In this document: piece by piece, positions 11,622 through 24,911 of the stretch
Layout: every line of letters starts with the position of its first letter
How positions within the stretch are numbered: position 1 is the first letter of the stretch
DNA from: Hydrolagus colliei
Lineage: Eukaryota
DNA length: 64,000 nucleotides
Assembly (NCBI GenBank): GCA_035084275.1
Contig: CM068757.1
Span: 6,572,001 to 6,636,000 of the forward strand
Reading direction: 5' to 3'
Notes under the pieces: generated by a model
What the model saw: only the letters and a program-made list of their open reading frames with translations
What the model was told of the DNA's origin: nothing
Database searches by the model: none
Made by a program: the position numbers and the translations under genes

Positions 11622-12570
11622 TAAAGTTCATTGGTAAAGTACCAAAATTCATTGGTAACAGGTTAGCATTAGCAAACGTTAGGACATGTTAATATTTACT
11701 CTCTCCCTCTTATTAATACAGATCGATAGTAGATTTCTCTTGCTTTCTGGAGGTCTCCTTGGACTCCAGCTCTTTATTGAGATATTAGGCGACGTACAGT
11801 GCAACTTGCCAGACACTCTTCCCCCCTCTACAGGATACGCTGCAGAAAATCATCAATGTCTATACTCTCCGACCACAGATTGAAAAACTGTGTCTTTTCA
11901 ACATTTTCTTTTGAATTAACGTTTAAACATTTCCAAGTTGGATACAACAACTATTGTTAAGGCAATATTCCCATTCTTCCATGTACAAACTTTGGAAGTG
12001 TCTCTCTTCCAAGTGGTTACCACGTCTGCAGATGACATCACCAAGCGAGAGCTTGCAAGTGAGAAAGAGAGGAACCAGGATAGAACCCGCGGAATGCCAT
12101 ACGTAACTGTGTGGGGGCAGCAATGGTAAGCTGGAGATGGTGGGACTTGTCCTTGTAAGGGGCTTTGCAAAGCTTGCCTCATCAAAGCAACTTTTTTCTT
12201 TTTTAAAAAAAATCATAACCGTGGCTCATTTTAGAATTAAATTTTAAATGCAGCTCTGTTCTATGCATTTGCAGCAATCTGTCTCACTTTTTTGTGCTCA
12301 TTAAAAAAACATTGCTCCCTCCCTGTTAAGTATCTTTCCCCAAATCCTCTCCAATAAGAAAAACACATAATCTTTTTCCTTCATAATTTAAAAATAAATC
12401 ATCCAAAGCCCCTCTGTGCCTCCCCTGCCCGTCAGCTTTGTCTGCTTTATCTTCACTTGTGTGCTTCTCAGCAGCAACAGCGTTCCTGAACTTCGCTGCA
12501 TTCAACTGATGCAGAAGCCCTGGAACCAATCTATTGGCCATTCTGACCAGGACAAGGCTTGTCTGCTGTT

Positions 12571-12725
12571 ATAATAATACTCGAATCCTTGCATTTGATA
12601 TAGTGCTTTTCACATCTTATCGACGTCTCAAAGCACTTCACAGAATATACTATAAAGTGAATTGACTGTATATTTGTGAGCGAAACGCGGCAACCAATTG
12701 CGCAGAGCAGTGTCCCACAAACAGT
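12571..12725 (-). mobile_element. SINE 3' half
   Basis: Near-consensus tail through GCAGTGTCCCACAAACAG. Confidence 0.9.
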
Positions 12726-13417
12726 TCTCTTGACCCTGACATGTTTGTTTTTCTAGTTTCGTCCAATTTTCTCCTCTACTCTTCCCTCTACTATGGATAT
12801 GGTCAAAGAAGGCCCTTCGACTTATATCATCTTATGCTTTTAGACTATAAACCCTTCCGTCTTCCTATTACTGCATCAAGCCATTTCTTACGAGTCCACT
12901 GTCTATGTTGTGTCTGACATTTTTCCACTGCTCTCAGAAACTATCTTCCAGTGTTTCATCTTGTTTTTTAAAAAACAACCTGTTACCACAAATTTGTGGT
13001 TTCTTACACATTAATAACCAGAACTGTCTTCAGCACTGGCAGAAACACACTCTCTGGAAAGCTAGGTTAAATTTTACTTTATTGAATTTTATGCAACTTG
13101 AATAGGGAACGCTGCACTCAATCTGTTTTATGATCATAGAGTCTTGAGATACTGCAGTAGAAATGTAACCCTTTCATCTTACTGCCCTGATTTTCTCTCT
13201 ATTCCTTTCCCTTGATCTTTGAAGCATTTTGCACAAGAATTGCAATTATGCTTTAAATGTTATTTATTGTTTTTTATATAAAAGTAAAGATATGTTCTCA
13301 AAATAGATCTCATTCTACAGAGAAAGGCCACCATTGACTGTGAGATGTGGTGATTATTGGATCCATCGTACTATTGCCAAACGCATATTAACCTTTAAAT
13401 TACAACCACTTTAATTT

Positions 13418-13553
13418 AAGTGGTGCGGTGGGCGGGTGGAGAAAGATGACCAAAAGCACAGCCCAGGAGATAGGTAGTCAAGTAAGCTTTAAAAGCAGGA
13501 AGGAAGAGGTCAAGGCTGAGGGAGTTTGGGATGAATTTCCAGAGAGTAGGAAC
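13418..13553 (-). mobile_element. L2 ORF2 C-terminal remnant
   Basis: Minus-strand peptide PTLWKFIPNSLSLDLFLPAFKAYLTTYLLGCAFG matches the L2/CR1-clade motif PxLWNSLP...FKxxLKTHLFxxAF. Confidence 0.7.
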
Positions 13554-13555
13554 AG

Positions 13556-13869
13556 AATAATAATGATTCTTCCAATTGATATAGCGCTTTTCACGTCTTC
13601 TAGATGTCTCAAAACACTTCACAGAATATGCTGTAAAGTGAATTGACTGTGTATTTGTGGGCGAAACGTGGCAGCCAATTGTGCACAGCAGTGTCCCACA
13701 AACAGTCAACGTGGACTGAAATGACCAAATTATTATTTTTATTTCGAGGGATTATTATCAGGCACGTGAGTAAGGAAACTTGCCCGAGGTTTCGTCCTGC
13801 CTGGAATTAAATCCAGATCTTTCACTTACAAGGCGAGTGCTCTAACCACTGAGCTGCAGGACTCCACGT
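13556..13869 (-). mobile_element. Full-length dominant SINE
   Basis: A/B boxes, GGGCAAGTTTCCTTACTC block, Deu-like 3' body and L2 tail. Confidence 0.92.
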
Positions 13870-14719
13870 ATGTCTGAATGACAAATGCCTCACACAGCCT
13901 TCTCCATCCTTCAGCTACACCATAACTGAAAAGCTTGTGTTGCAGTTAAAGTCTGTTGCCTCTTGCTATAGGAAGAAAGTCACGCCTTGAATTGATGAGG
14001 AGAATGCTCCTTGGAGTAACTTTAACTCTTCATGCTAGTTGTATTAAATATCCATTTTTAATGTTAATGCAGGCTTACAAGTAAAAAAAATCAACTAACA
14101 CAAAATGCTGGACTGGATAATAATGAACAAAAACCAAAGTAAATCAGGCAGGAGACATTTTTAGATAGCAATGTACTGCACTGTGAATGCCAAAACTCAC
14201 TTCGTCATTTAGCAAAGTTTTAATCCAAAAGTGTTCCCCTGTGCTCGCCGAACGTGATAAAAACAGCTTAATCTTCACGATGTTCATTAGACATTCCAAA
14301 TTTTAATTGGCCTTGGATGTTCTCAATCGCTCATGATTTAAAAAATGCTGATAGGAAAATTCCCATTGTGGCCCATAATTAGGGTTAGATATTGAAAACA
14401 AAGGGATTGCAATGCACAATAAGTGCAGGATGGAAGGAGAGGATTTTGTACTTTGTTTTCCCCCACCATGACCAGTTCTCAAAGTCGAATGGGATACCAA
14501 CCCATATCAGTTCCCTCCACACTTGGACTGACTTTTTTTTTCCAAAACAAAAACAATCGCAGAGAAACAGGAATCTGGTTGATGATAAGAGAGTCGAGGA
14601 TGCTTGAATGAAGAGCGAGATCACAGGCTAAGTCCCTGTGTCAAATCCCTGCCCTCAGATACACCGCACAGTGCAATTGCATTGAACTTCATTTTCAAAC
14701 AAGTTTCCCATTAATTAAA

Positions 14720-15061
14720 TCCTGTAGTGTACTGGTTAGAGCACTCTCCTCACAAGGGAAAGAACCTGGGTTTGATTGCCGGGCAGGACAAAACGCTGGG
14801 CAAGTTTCCTTACTCCACACGCCTCTATTTACCTTGTAGTAAGCAGGAACCTGGTTAAGTCAATTGGTGGATTGCTTTCTGTGGGTAATAATCCCTTCAA
14901 AAAATAATCCTAATAATTTGGTCACTCAATCCACGACTGCTTGTGGGATTCTGGTTGTGCGCAATTGGCTGCCGCTTTTTGCCCACAAAATATACAGTCA
15001 ATGAATTTTACATGATATTTTGATGAGATAAGGCATTATATCAAATGCAAGCATTATTATT
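14720..15061 (+). mobile_element. Long (older) subfamily of the dominant SINE
   Basis: Same head and tail plus an extra ~61-bp segment (14825-14885) also present at ~56410-56476. Confidence 0.85.
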
Positions 15062-16606
15062 GCAGTCAAATGGAGATGGCTGGGAAAAGTCTGAATACAG
15101 TAATGTCTATCTGATCCCTTCCCCTCCTCTATACAGATGCAGGCAGACACATACACACACACACACCACACAGATCGCCAATGTTCTGTGATGGGCTTCA
15201 TCTGATGAACTAGAAACATCTTCCACTGAAGAGAACAGGACTGGAAATGTCAAAGTGGTTGTCCACAGAGCACGACTCTGTTGCTCCTGTTACAGCCTAC
15301 CAGGCCATAAGGTAATCCTCCTCTTTAATCATTACGATTGCTGGCTGATGGAAGCAGACCTCAAGCACCAGAAATACAATTTTTGCGGCAAATTGGTTGT
15401 ACAAATCAAATCTAACCTTACACGAAAGTCTGAAGCTTCCTGGCCATTTTTCTCTTAATTTAATAGACCTTGGGTGAGCTGCAGCTTCATAATACAAGCG
15501 TGGAGACCAAGGTCGTGGGAATTACAGGCACAGAATAACCAAAGGAATCACTGCAACGATCACAAGGTAATGCATTGCACGGTAACGTTTAAAACACGCC
15601 AAACAACGGTACAGATCAACATGAAACACACAGGGGGCTGATGCAGGCTGCAGCAATGCATCATGACTGGACAATGTGGTTCAGTTCCCGGGTCTAAAAA
15701 GACAGCAAAGGGCATCTTGTAACAAAGAAAGAGGCAGTACTTCATCCCATTGTTATCAGTCTTTTGTCTCTCCATACACATTACAGCTGTTCACTCCAGG
15801 CCTCTTTCAGCTGTGTATGTGTGAGTGTGGGGAGGGGGATGCAGGAAAGGACTGGCATGGCTTCAGCATGAATGGATTGTGTGTACTTCCATGTGACATC
15901 TGGTATTGCATCCTGCCAACAGGGGGCACAAGGTGGGGGTAGAGCGGCAAGCTTCGGGTCTCAACAAAGGTTTTGAAGCTTTTTTTAAAAAAAATCTTTC
16001 GGAGCCCGAATGATGGATTGGGTGTAGATGGGGACCTGTATCTGCCACGAGCAGCCTCCAGACAGATTGTATTGCAAGCAAGCAACAAACTGTTCAGTCA
16101 TTCGCAGATAATTTGCAAATGAAATCACAGAACCAAGCTCTGGGCATTATTTAACACATGGCTGTTTAGCCTCATTGTTCATACAGGTTATCAATGTGCC
16201 GCACGGATAATAAGCAGGTGTTGCGTGTCCCCAAGAGGCTAAACCTTCCATAACTCCTCCCTCCGCACCTCAACCAGCCCCGTCTGCGCTCCCTGAACAC
16301 AGAATAGTAACTATCTAGATGGTGCAAACACGAGGTGCTCATCTGCAATTCAGCCCACGTTTGTTCCCCTGGGAGATTTCATTCCACATTCAAAGCAGTC
16401 TTAAGTCTCAGGGCAGAGAAAAGTCACATTATTTGTACACAGCAGAAGGTGTGAATATGAGTCTGCAGCTGCAGTAAACCCTGGGCCAGTCTGATAAAGG
16501 CACAACATCCCGTAATTCATTTCACCTGCAGCAGCATCAAGCAGGTTAACTGTGTCACTCCATCAAACCTGACCGCTCAGTATCATTCACTCTGACACCT
16601 GGCATT

Positions 16607-16665
16607 TCTCTCTCTCTTTCTCTCACATACATACACACACACATACACGCACTTATGCGCACACA
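16607..16665. repeat. (CT)n/(CA)n compound microsatellite
   Basis: Directly visible. Confidence 0.85.
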
Positions 16666-17279
16666 GTGCTGGCGGAAAGGAACACACACAAAAAAAAATC
16701 CTCAAGATGTGACAGGCTTTCTGATGACATCATGCTTCGAAATGAACAATTCCGTTTCTCATTCATTCATCAATTAATAGTGAAACCGCCCGATCTCGCT
16801 CACAGCAGCTGCTCTCCTCCACCCCCCATTATTCCATGCAAAGAGTTTGATAAGTCTGCCTTTCACTTCTCTTCATTCATGAGCCTCCTAAACCAGAGGA
16901 GAGCGTCCGGCTGCAGATAATGGGCTCACAATACTTTGTTCTCAATCTCTCCCCCCAGCCCCCCCCACCCCCCCATCGCACAACAAGGTCAACAACATTG
17001 CACAGTGTTGACCTGGAAAGAAAAAAATGATGCTGCCACAATCAGTTGCACATTAACAGTTATTGCAACAGCTTTACATTGATTTAATTTATCCATCCAT
17101 TCCCCCCCACACCAACCCCATCACCATTACCAGACACACAGAGATACGCACAATACTGTTTCATTAAATTACCCTTCACTGCAACAATCACACAGAGCCA
17201 TTTCTCATTTTAAGATTGGCAAAATACCAAAGCGTCTGGCCTAGCTTTCTGAAAAGGAGGAAGGTGGATTTTTTTTTTA

Positions 17280-17565
17280 CCGTGCGCCTATTTGAGTTGA
17301 AGCGTTCCAAAACACCTTAATTACTATCACGTGTTGCGTGGGTGTTTTTTCGGTAGCCAAATGCTGCAGCCATTTTGCACAGAGCTAGCTCCCACAAACA
17401 AGGGGCAACAGACAGACGGCTTTTACCGTCGGTCTCATCTACTCCGAGTCGTTCTCTTCAGTTCCGGACTCGCTATCCCGAGCGAGTGCTCTCAATTGCA
17501 CATCCCATCGCCATATGACAATCCAGAACAAAACATGGGCTTAACTGTGGAACGACAGCATCTGC
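17280..17565 (-). mobile_element. Highly decayed DeuSINE-like element
   Basis: GCAGCCATTTTGCACAGAGCTAGCTCCCACAAAC is the reverse of the Deu 3' block GTTTGTGGGAGCTTGCTGTGCGCAAATTGGCTGC. Confidence 0.5.
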
Positions 17566-17970
17566 CACTATTTTGCTATCACAAGAAGCCCACGATTATT
17601 GTCGGCCTACGTTACATTGAGTCGAATTTATTTCATTGGGTTCTCAGTCCTGGTGCACCATGTCCTTCAGTGTTTTTGAAGCACCACTTCAGGCAAGTGA
17701 TCAGTGTGCTGCATGAACAACTGTTCAGTTGTGGTCTCATTGTCCTGAGGTAGTTGAGATGTCAGAGTCATGGTGGAACATGAGAACGTGATCAACCTTA
17801 GATGGGTGCAGGCAGAGAACACTGAGACTTATTCCCGCACTGGGAAGGAACATGGTAACTTCCATTTAGACCCCGGTACTTTTGCGCTTGGACTGTCCCA
17901 GACCTTTCACCACAGCTTTGAAAAACATAACTAAAATAAAATGCTGTGGCTAGGTGTCAGGTGTCAGTAT

Positions 17971-18323
17971 GCCTAATGATAGTAATAATACATCTAAAGA
18001 AAACAAATACAACAATAAAAGCTGGTCATTTTCAATCCATGACTATTATAATAATAATAATAATAATCCTTGCATTTGATACAGCGCTTTCCACACCTTA
18101 TCAACGTCCCAAAGCGCTTCACAGAATATACTGTAAAGTGAATTGACTGTATATATTTGTGGGCAAAATTATTAGTGGAACACTGTTGTGTGCAATTGGC
18201 TGCCATGTTTCGCCTACAAATATATAGTCAATTCACTTTACAGTATATTCTGTGAAGCGCTTTTAGACATTGATATCATGTGAAAAGCGCTATATCAAAT
18301 GCAAGGGTTATCATTATTATTAT
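17971..18323. mobile_element. Nested SINEs: minus copy (18049-18169) inserted in a plus copy
   Basis: Host reads ...CAATCCATGACTATTA|insert|TATTAGTGGAACACTG...; TATTA duplicated at 18044-18048 and 18170-18174. Confidence 0.85.
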
Positions 18324-18404
18324 GCTTGTACCACATAGAGTAATTTGGAATTTAGTGACCCTATTGCCCGACTACTGGAATTAAATGCCAGGGGCTTCAT
18401 CAAA

Positions 18405-18827
18405 AAAATCCTTACATTTGATATAGTGCCTTCCAGATCAGGAGAAACTCTGAAAGCACTTCACAGTTTGTACTGCAAAGTAGAATGACTGAACTTTGTG
18501 CGCAAACGCAGCAGTCAATTTGCACACAGCAATGCCCCACAACCAGCCGTGAAGTGAATTAACATTTTGTTTTAATATTAAAGGTTTGTTAGCTAGGACA
18601 CCACGAGAAATTTCCTTCCCATTTTGAACCCTGGCCTGAGATCGTTAACATCTACCCGAACAGGCAGCTGAGACCTCGTTTTAACGTATAACCCAGAGGA
18701 TGGGACCTCAATTATGCAGCCCACCTCAAGCATTGCACTTCAGTGTAAACCAGGTCCCAAAGTCCCAATGTGCAGTTTGAACCCACAATCTTCTGCCTTA
18801 GCCCCAAGTGTGCTACCAACTGAACCA
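18405..18827 (-). mobile_element. Full-length DeuSINE-like element
   Basis: tRNA head (TTTGAACCCACAATCTTCTG...GTGCTACCAACTGAACCA), Deu core (GATCGTTAACATCTACCCGAACAGGCAG...CCTCGTTTTAACGT) and L2 tail. Confidence 0.75.
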
Positions 18828-20019
18828 GGCTGAGTGGTGGTGGGGGTTAAAGAAAAGGAGCTAAAATTTACATTGTGACCCACTATGGAGCAAACAATTT
18901 TTCCCCTAATGCATATTAAGCAGAATTTAGGACACAAAATAAAAAAAACACTGTCACTTTACTTGAAGCAGGTTAGAAAAGCTTGAAATGTCACAATAAC
19001 CATGGCACAATCGCACTCTGCAATTCTCCATTTCCTACACTGAGGTACGTTTGGAAGCTAATTCTTAATTTAAACTCCTAAATTATTCAAGACTATTAGA
19101 GACACAGGGATGCACAGACTGACGGGGGTGGGAACTCAGCAGCAGGCCCCTTGAGAACTTGCAATGAAAGACCTGGACTTCTTGCACTCTACTATCATTC
19201 TGCCTTACTCTAGGCATTTAGAGAACATTGAAAAGCGTTCCCCCTCAGAACTAACCTGCTGCATATCAAACGGCCTTGCAGCTCCTTCAAATCACGGAAC
19301 AGCTGCAAGAACGACTTTGTATAATTCTAATGATGAATACATTCAGAGACATTTTAGATGCCGTGGACCATTTCCTATATTGATATTGCTCCTTGACTAA
19401 ACTGAAACACTGAGCTTATTTTATTTGCAAATTTCGATGTAGAGAAAATCCTTCAGAAAGGTTCAAATGACATTGGAGTGACTGGCAAATGACTGTTGCT
19501 CCGTAAATTAAATGTCTCTGTGCTCGAAGACATCTTTATTAGGCCTGGTGCTTGGTTCCTCGGTCATTAAACGTGCAATGGCAATAGAGCTCATTGAATT
19601 TCCAACCTGTAACGCAGCCAATAACACATCAGGAGAATTTCACTCCTGTTGCAAATTACGCTGTTGTAACCAGGTTGGCTCTGCTGTGAATACAGCTCTG
19701 CACATTTTCATCTCTTAGTCCACATTTTCTCAGATGTTTCTAAGCACATCATGTTCTATGACTGATACAGTAAATGTCTCCTCGTAGTGTGAATAAAGCG
19801 ACTCGCTAATGGTTTTACCACTGGTGATGCGGAACAAATCACTCACAATGATTAACTCTCCCAGCCTGAGATTTCAATTTGCTGCAGTACCAATACACTA
19901 TGTTTAAGAGCCTTTTAAATAGAATGGTATTTTTCCAGCAGTTTGGGTACTTGGCCAGTTTGGGGGAGGTGGTGGTGGGAGTGGGTGGGGTGGGGGAGCA
20001 TTTCAATTGTGGCATGATT

Positions 20020-20285
20020 TGAGTTCGGTTACAGTTCAGGTGGCGGAGATGAAGAAGACGCCAGGTTGTAACCCTGGTCTGCATTGGGCAGCAATTGGGG
20101 CCTAACCTGGAGAAACATGAACCCGGGCTCCAACTTGCAATTTCTAACTACGGCTTCCTCCCACCCGCCCCAGCAACATGGTACGTGTATGGATGACAGA
20201 TAAGGTCGGGATTCGGAGAGAACTGAGATGCCCTCTGTGATTCAATTGGATACTTAACCTTAGTGACTAGGCTCACACTTGAAGC
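20020..20285 (+). mobile_element. LF-SINE-like element (decayed)
   Basis: CCAGGTTGTAACCCTGGTCTG...GTGTATGGATGAC...GAGATGCCCTC...CTAGGCTCACACTTGAAG. Confidence 0.5.
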
Positions 20286-20459
20286 ACCTCATAATGTTTT
20301 ACAACCCATGTTATAGATCGGAAAACCAAATGAGGTGTACTTTTAATGATAGAGAGGAAACTCCAGTCGTAACAAATAAATTAAATGTATTTCCATTCAA
20401 ACAAAGGAGCTCCAGCAGCAGCTGTGTTCAGAAGGTGAAAATTGTCCTCCCACCCCCAA

Positions 20460-20649
20460 ATGCTCTCCACTATTGCCCTAAACTTTGGAACTCCCTCCCT
20501 CAACCCCTTCACCTCACCCCCACCTTTCTCTTCAACCGCGCTTACGGTCACCTTCTCCCTCCACCCGGGCTCGGCCTCGGGCTCTGTCATTGTGAAGCGT
20601 CCCGGGCTGGAGGACGCTGTATAAATGCAAGTTGTCATTGTTGTTGTTG
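20460..20649 (+). mobile_element. L2 3' end with ORF2 C-terminus and (TTG)n tail
   Basis: Peptide HYCPKLWNSLPQPLHL...FLFNRAYG followed by TATAAATGCAAGTTGTCATTGTTGTTG. Confidence 0.8.
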
Positions 20650-20951
20650 AACGCATTAAAGAAAGGAAAGCAAGAGTTTTCAATAGATGCTACAAACATA
20701 ACTTTTCATGCACAACATACATTCATCAAAAAAAAACACATCTAGGTTCCAGGCTTCAATTCTTCATTCTGCACCTGCATTTGTAGAATTGAAAAAAAAA
20801 CTGTACCATGATCCCACTCAAATCGGGATCTCATCTCCTACTTTTTCTGGCCCCAAATCCGCTCTGGAACAAAGGTAAAGGTGTATTTTGTTTCATCAAC
20901 TATAAGCCACTCCAGAGAGGCATGTGTATAACAATTCTATTATACAAAGAA

Positions 20952-21112
20952 CGTCACTCAATCTGTGACTGTTTGGGAGAAACTGGCTGGTGTGTTTCTC
21001 CCACAAAATATAGAGTCAATTCACTTTAGAGTATATTCTTTGAAGTGCTTCGAGTAGTCTCAAAGACAAGATAAGGTGCTATATCATATGCAAATGATTC
21101 TTCTTCTTCTTA
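20952..21112 (+). mobile_element. SINE 3' half, tail turned into (TTC)n
   Basis: GTCAATTCACTTTAGAGTATATTCT...TGCTATATCATATGCAAATGATTCTTCTTC. Confidence 0.8.
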
Positions 21113-22106
21113 TGCTTTGTTCAGCAGGGCTAAGCAGATACTATAAAACTGCATCCAGGTTTGGTTCAATGTGGAAGTAACCTTGTGTCATATTGAAGAC
21201 ATCGAATAAACTAATTGCTTCCTGGGTCAGGGTTTTGATGTTAGATTACATCAATATGCAACAAAACAACAAATGTCCTCAAGTGCAGAAAACAAATTAT
21301 TTTGTATCAGCACCTTGGCACCAGATGTGGAAAGGCAAGGAGTTTAAACGCACGTATATTTTCTCCAGTTTGCTAGTGGGAAGCAATTCTCTTGATTTAG
21401 CAAGGAGCAAAACAAATAAAAGTATGTTTGAACCTGGCTCGCAGCTCAACCAAATTATTTCATTATCTCTCTCTGGCTGTAGGGCCACAGATGTCCATTC
21501 AGCCTGTGTGGTATGGGTTGAACAGGTTGACAATTCCTCTCCACTGCGGCTTAGAGTTAGTGCAACAAAACACAGCCTTTTTCTTTATCCAGAGCTGAAT
21601 AGGGCAGAGGAGGTCACGGCGGGGAGTGAGATCATGACTTGAGTGGGATCATAGTATAGATTATTTTTAAAACTTCTACACACACAGCGTTATTTTGTGG
21701 CCTTTCTTTGTTTTAAGGCATTTTGTAAATGAATGTTAGAAAGGAATGCTGCCCTGATATCCTTGGCTGCTGATATGACTGTCCTACACATACATAGCCT
21801 TACAATGTGCAAGCTCTCACCATGATATGTTTTCCCCTTTCCCCTCTGTAATCTCTACCCCAGCACCTTCCATCGCAGCAGAGCAGTCAGGCAATCTGCT
21901 CCCTGGGCGAGGCTTGAGCGACGGTTTAAGAGATGAGTGAGAAAAGATCCAGGAAGATTGTCTCTTCTTCTAGTCTTCTTTCTGATAGGGGATTATGGAG
22001 GTCAAGAAGCAGATGATATGGGACTAAATTACTTCTGTTGCAAAGCACAATTTTTGCCATTTCAGTTTCTGAGAAATTTGCTCAGAATTTCTTTTTAACC
22101 TATTGT

Positions 22107-22268
22107 TTGGTCACTCAATCCACCACTGTTTGTGGGTCACTGCTGTGCTTAATTGTCTTCCGCATCTCACCCACAAAATATAGTCAATCCATTTTACATT
22201 ATATCCCGTGAAGCGCTTTGAGGTGTCGTGACGATGTGATAAGGCGCTATATTAAATGAATTATTATT
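22107..22268 (+). mobile_element. SINE 3' half
   Basis: GGTCACTCAATCCACCACTGTTTGTGGG...GTGAAGCGCTTTGAG...AAGGCGCTAT. Confidence 0.85.
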
Positions 22269-22344
22269 TTAAAAAATTCAAGAAGAGGATAATATCTTCA
22301 AAATAAGTACGATGAAACAAAAAATAAGATAAGCAGGAGGTATT

Positions 22345-22560
22345 CAGGGACACGGTGACGGGTAAAGTACGTGTAATAAATTATGAGCACAGATTTTTGG
22401 AACAAGACGCCACAAAGGATTTCAAAAAAGAACTGAACAAGCTCCCGTCAAGTAAGAGGATTCAGGTTCATTAGATTTAGAGATGAAGATATCGAAGGAG
22501 TCTTTGGGGAAGTTGTGTGTGTAGACTAATGCAGTATTCCTGCCTTGAATTGTTATTATG
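22345..22560 (+). mobile_element. CR1 3' end remnant
   Basis: Peptide DFKKELNKL resembles CR1 FKxxLDxx, followed by a CR1-like UTR. Confidence 0.5.
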
Positions 22561-23811
22561 CCGCTTTGTGGACTTAAAAGTACATCAGCAGAAATATTGT
22601 CATGAATTCTGGAAAACCAACATGAAAACGGTGCTGGAAATACACAGCAGTTTTGAGCAGCAACTTAAAAGAGAAAGTGGGCCAACATTGCAACGTGCGA
22701 AAGAGCCCAGAAACACAATGGGAACTCCAGTTTGCTGGAAACGCCTTGCAATGTAGGTCAGTTCAGATCACACCAAGGCAATGAAGGCAATAAGAAAGAA
22801 GTCAGACGTTACAATTGAAAATGTCTTCTTAATGTCTTTTGGTGTACTGGTCGTCCTCGCCGTTCTCCGTCCCCCCAGCGCTGTTGTCTCTTTTCTAATG
22901 AGAAATCACACCTGAAATGCTAATCTTCCTCGCAGATAATTAGGAATCCAGCTCTGTGACAGGTGCTAATGCAGCTGCTTCCAGACACTGAGGGTCTTGT
23001 TCTGCCCCCACTGTCTGAGAGTGGGGGAGGGGTGGGGGGGGAGGGAGAATCCAACCCTGGGGGTACAATTATTTTGAAATATCTGGATGAATGCAGTTCA
23101 ATTATATATTTGGGTGCTTGACATCAATCAAACAAAGAAGCAATGACTGAAAATCTCACTGCACTGTGCTTAACGCGGCAAGACTGGTCTTGTGTCTAGT
23201 CAGGAGATTGTCTGCCAAGGCTCTCTCCCAGCACGTGGTAAAACTGCCATTTACAGCTCAGCCTATTGTTAAGACCTCTCCAGAGTACACACTCACAAAC
23301 CGCTAAGTACATGATCATTAGCAATCTAATTTAGCTCAACTCGGAACCTATTCTCTTTTAAGGAAATTCAAAGCTACATATGCGTTCACTAATGCCAAAT
23401 CCACACGAAAGTGAACTGCATCTTAATAGCTTACTTCCCTGTAAAGCGATGACTGAGTGAGAATTATTCAATTAGCCTATTTATTCATGTGCAAGTACTC
23501 AATCTTGCACTGAAACCTGCGTACACAGATTGGTGGAGGGTGGTGATGAGGGGTTAGGGGGGTGCTGAGTGGTCAGTCCCTTTTAAGACAGGTGCGTAGT
23601 CTCCATGGCTGTATCAATGATAGCTACCGCTCTCTCCCTCTTCCTCACCACACAGGCTTCATGCAACTATTCCACCCACCTGCCCTCCTCACCATACAAA
23701 CTCCAAGGTTCAGGGACAAAACTATTCCCGTACAAAACTTCAATTGACGTTAGTGTGCTATAGGATTAGTCTAAGCCGCATCCCTCCTGTCTACCCCTTT
23801 ACCCTGTGTAT

Positions 23812-23936
23812 TTTCGCCCACAAAACACAAAGTCAATTCACGTTACAATATATTCTGTGAAGCGCTTTGAGACGTCTCAATAATGTGATAAGTCGCTTTG
23901 TCAAATGCAAGGATTATTACTATCATTATTATTATT
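23812..23936 (+). mobile_element. SINE 3' fragment
   Basis: TTTCGCCCACAAAA...TGTGAAGCGCTTTGAGACGTC...AAATGCAAGGATTATT. Confidence 0.88.
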
Positions 23937-24911
23937 TCATATCCATGTAAAAGTGACATCTTGCAACTTCCATGCAATGTGCCAGTGACTCCATTTTAGA
24001 ATTATGCACACCATTCAGCTTGTGGCGAAGAGAACGATTGCAAAGTAAACAGACAGACATCGTAGTCCACTCGCTCAAATCACACTTTCCATCGGCTGAT
24101 CAGGGGACTGATGGGGAAAGATTGATAAGCGAAGAATGAACACCAATCAGCCTCTCCATCTGGTTCGAACGAATACAAAAGGGCCAAACTCTACAGCAGC
24201 TGATGTCCGAGTACAGGGGCTACTCCCAATGAACACACTAACTGCATTAATCTCGCCACTCGATGCACTCCGCTGCTTGCAGAAGAAACGCAGAGGGAAC
24301 TCTTGCTCTGACCCAGCACTTGATGCTTTGCTTCATCAAACTGGACGACAATCGCACATTCTTTCTGGCTACCAACATCATTTCACACTTGATAAGCAAA
24401 CGCCTCTCAGGAGAAAGGCAGCTCCCCCTTCGCACTGGCCTGTTATGAGAGTCAAAGTTTAATCTTTGATTTCCTACACAGCATGTTGGCTTTTCAAGAG
24501 ATGTGCACAACCATCTAGAAATAATTCCTGTTATTCATCCTGGGAGACAGATTTAGAAATGTGTTTGTATGCATTCCATATAATAGATTGGAAGACGATG
24601 GGGGAGGTGGTAATGTTTAGCTAGATGGTAAGTTTGATCGGCTGAACAATTGCAATCAGAATAGGATGTTGATGAAAAAAACAAGTCACCTTTTCAAACC
24701 AGGAAGCTATTTGATCTGAAGGTGAACAAGCATAAAACTAAGGTACTGTTGACCAGGTATAGAGCATTGCCAAATAGCTGAAATGCATTCTATTTGAAGT
24801 GGATCTGGCAAATAAGCGACTGGAGTCAGGTCTCACCAGGAAGGCATTCTGCCCTCACAATTCAATCGCAAAGAAAAATGCCCCGGAACTTGAAAGAAAA
24901 AATCATCCTTT

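Noticed and set aside
15202-15220. Second hammerhead (CTGATGA...GAAACATC)
   Set aside because: Only 4 nt between the core boxes, so no stem II; no stem I either.
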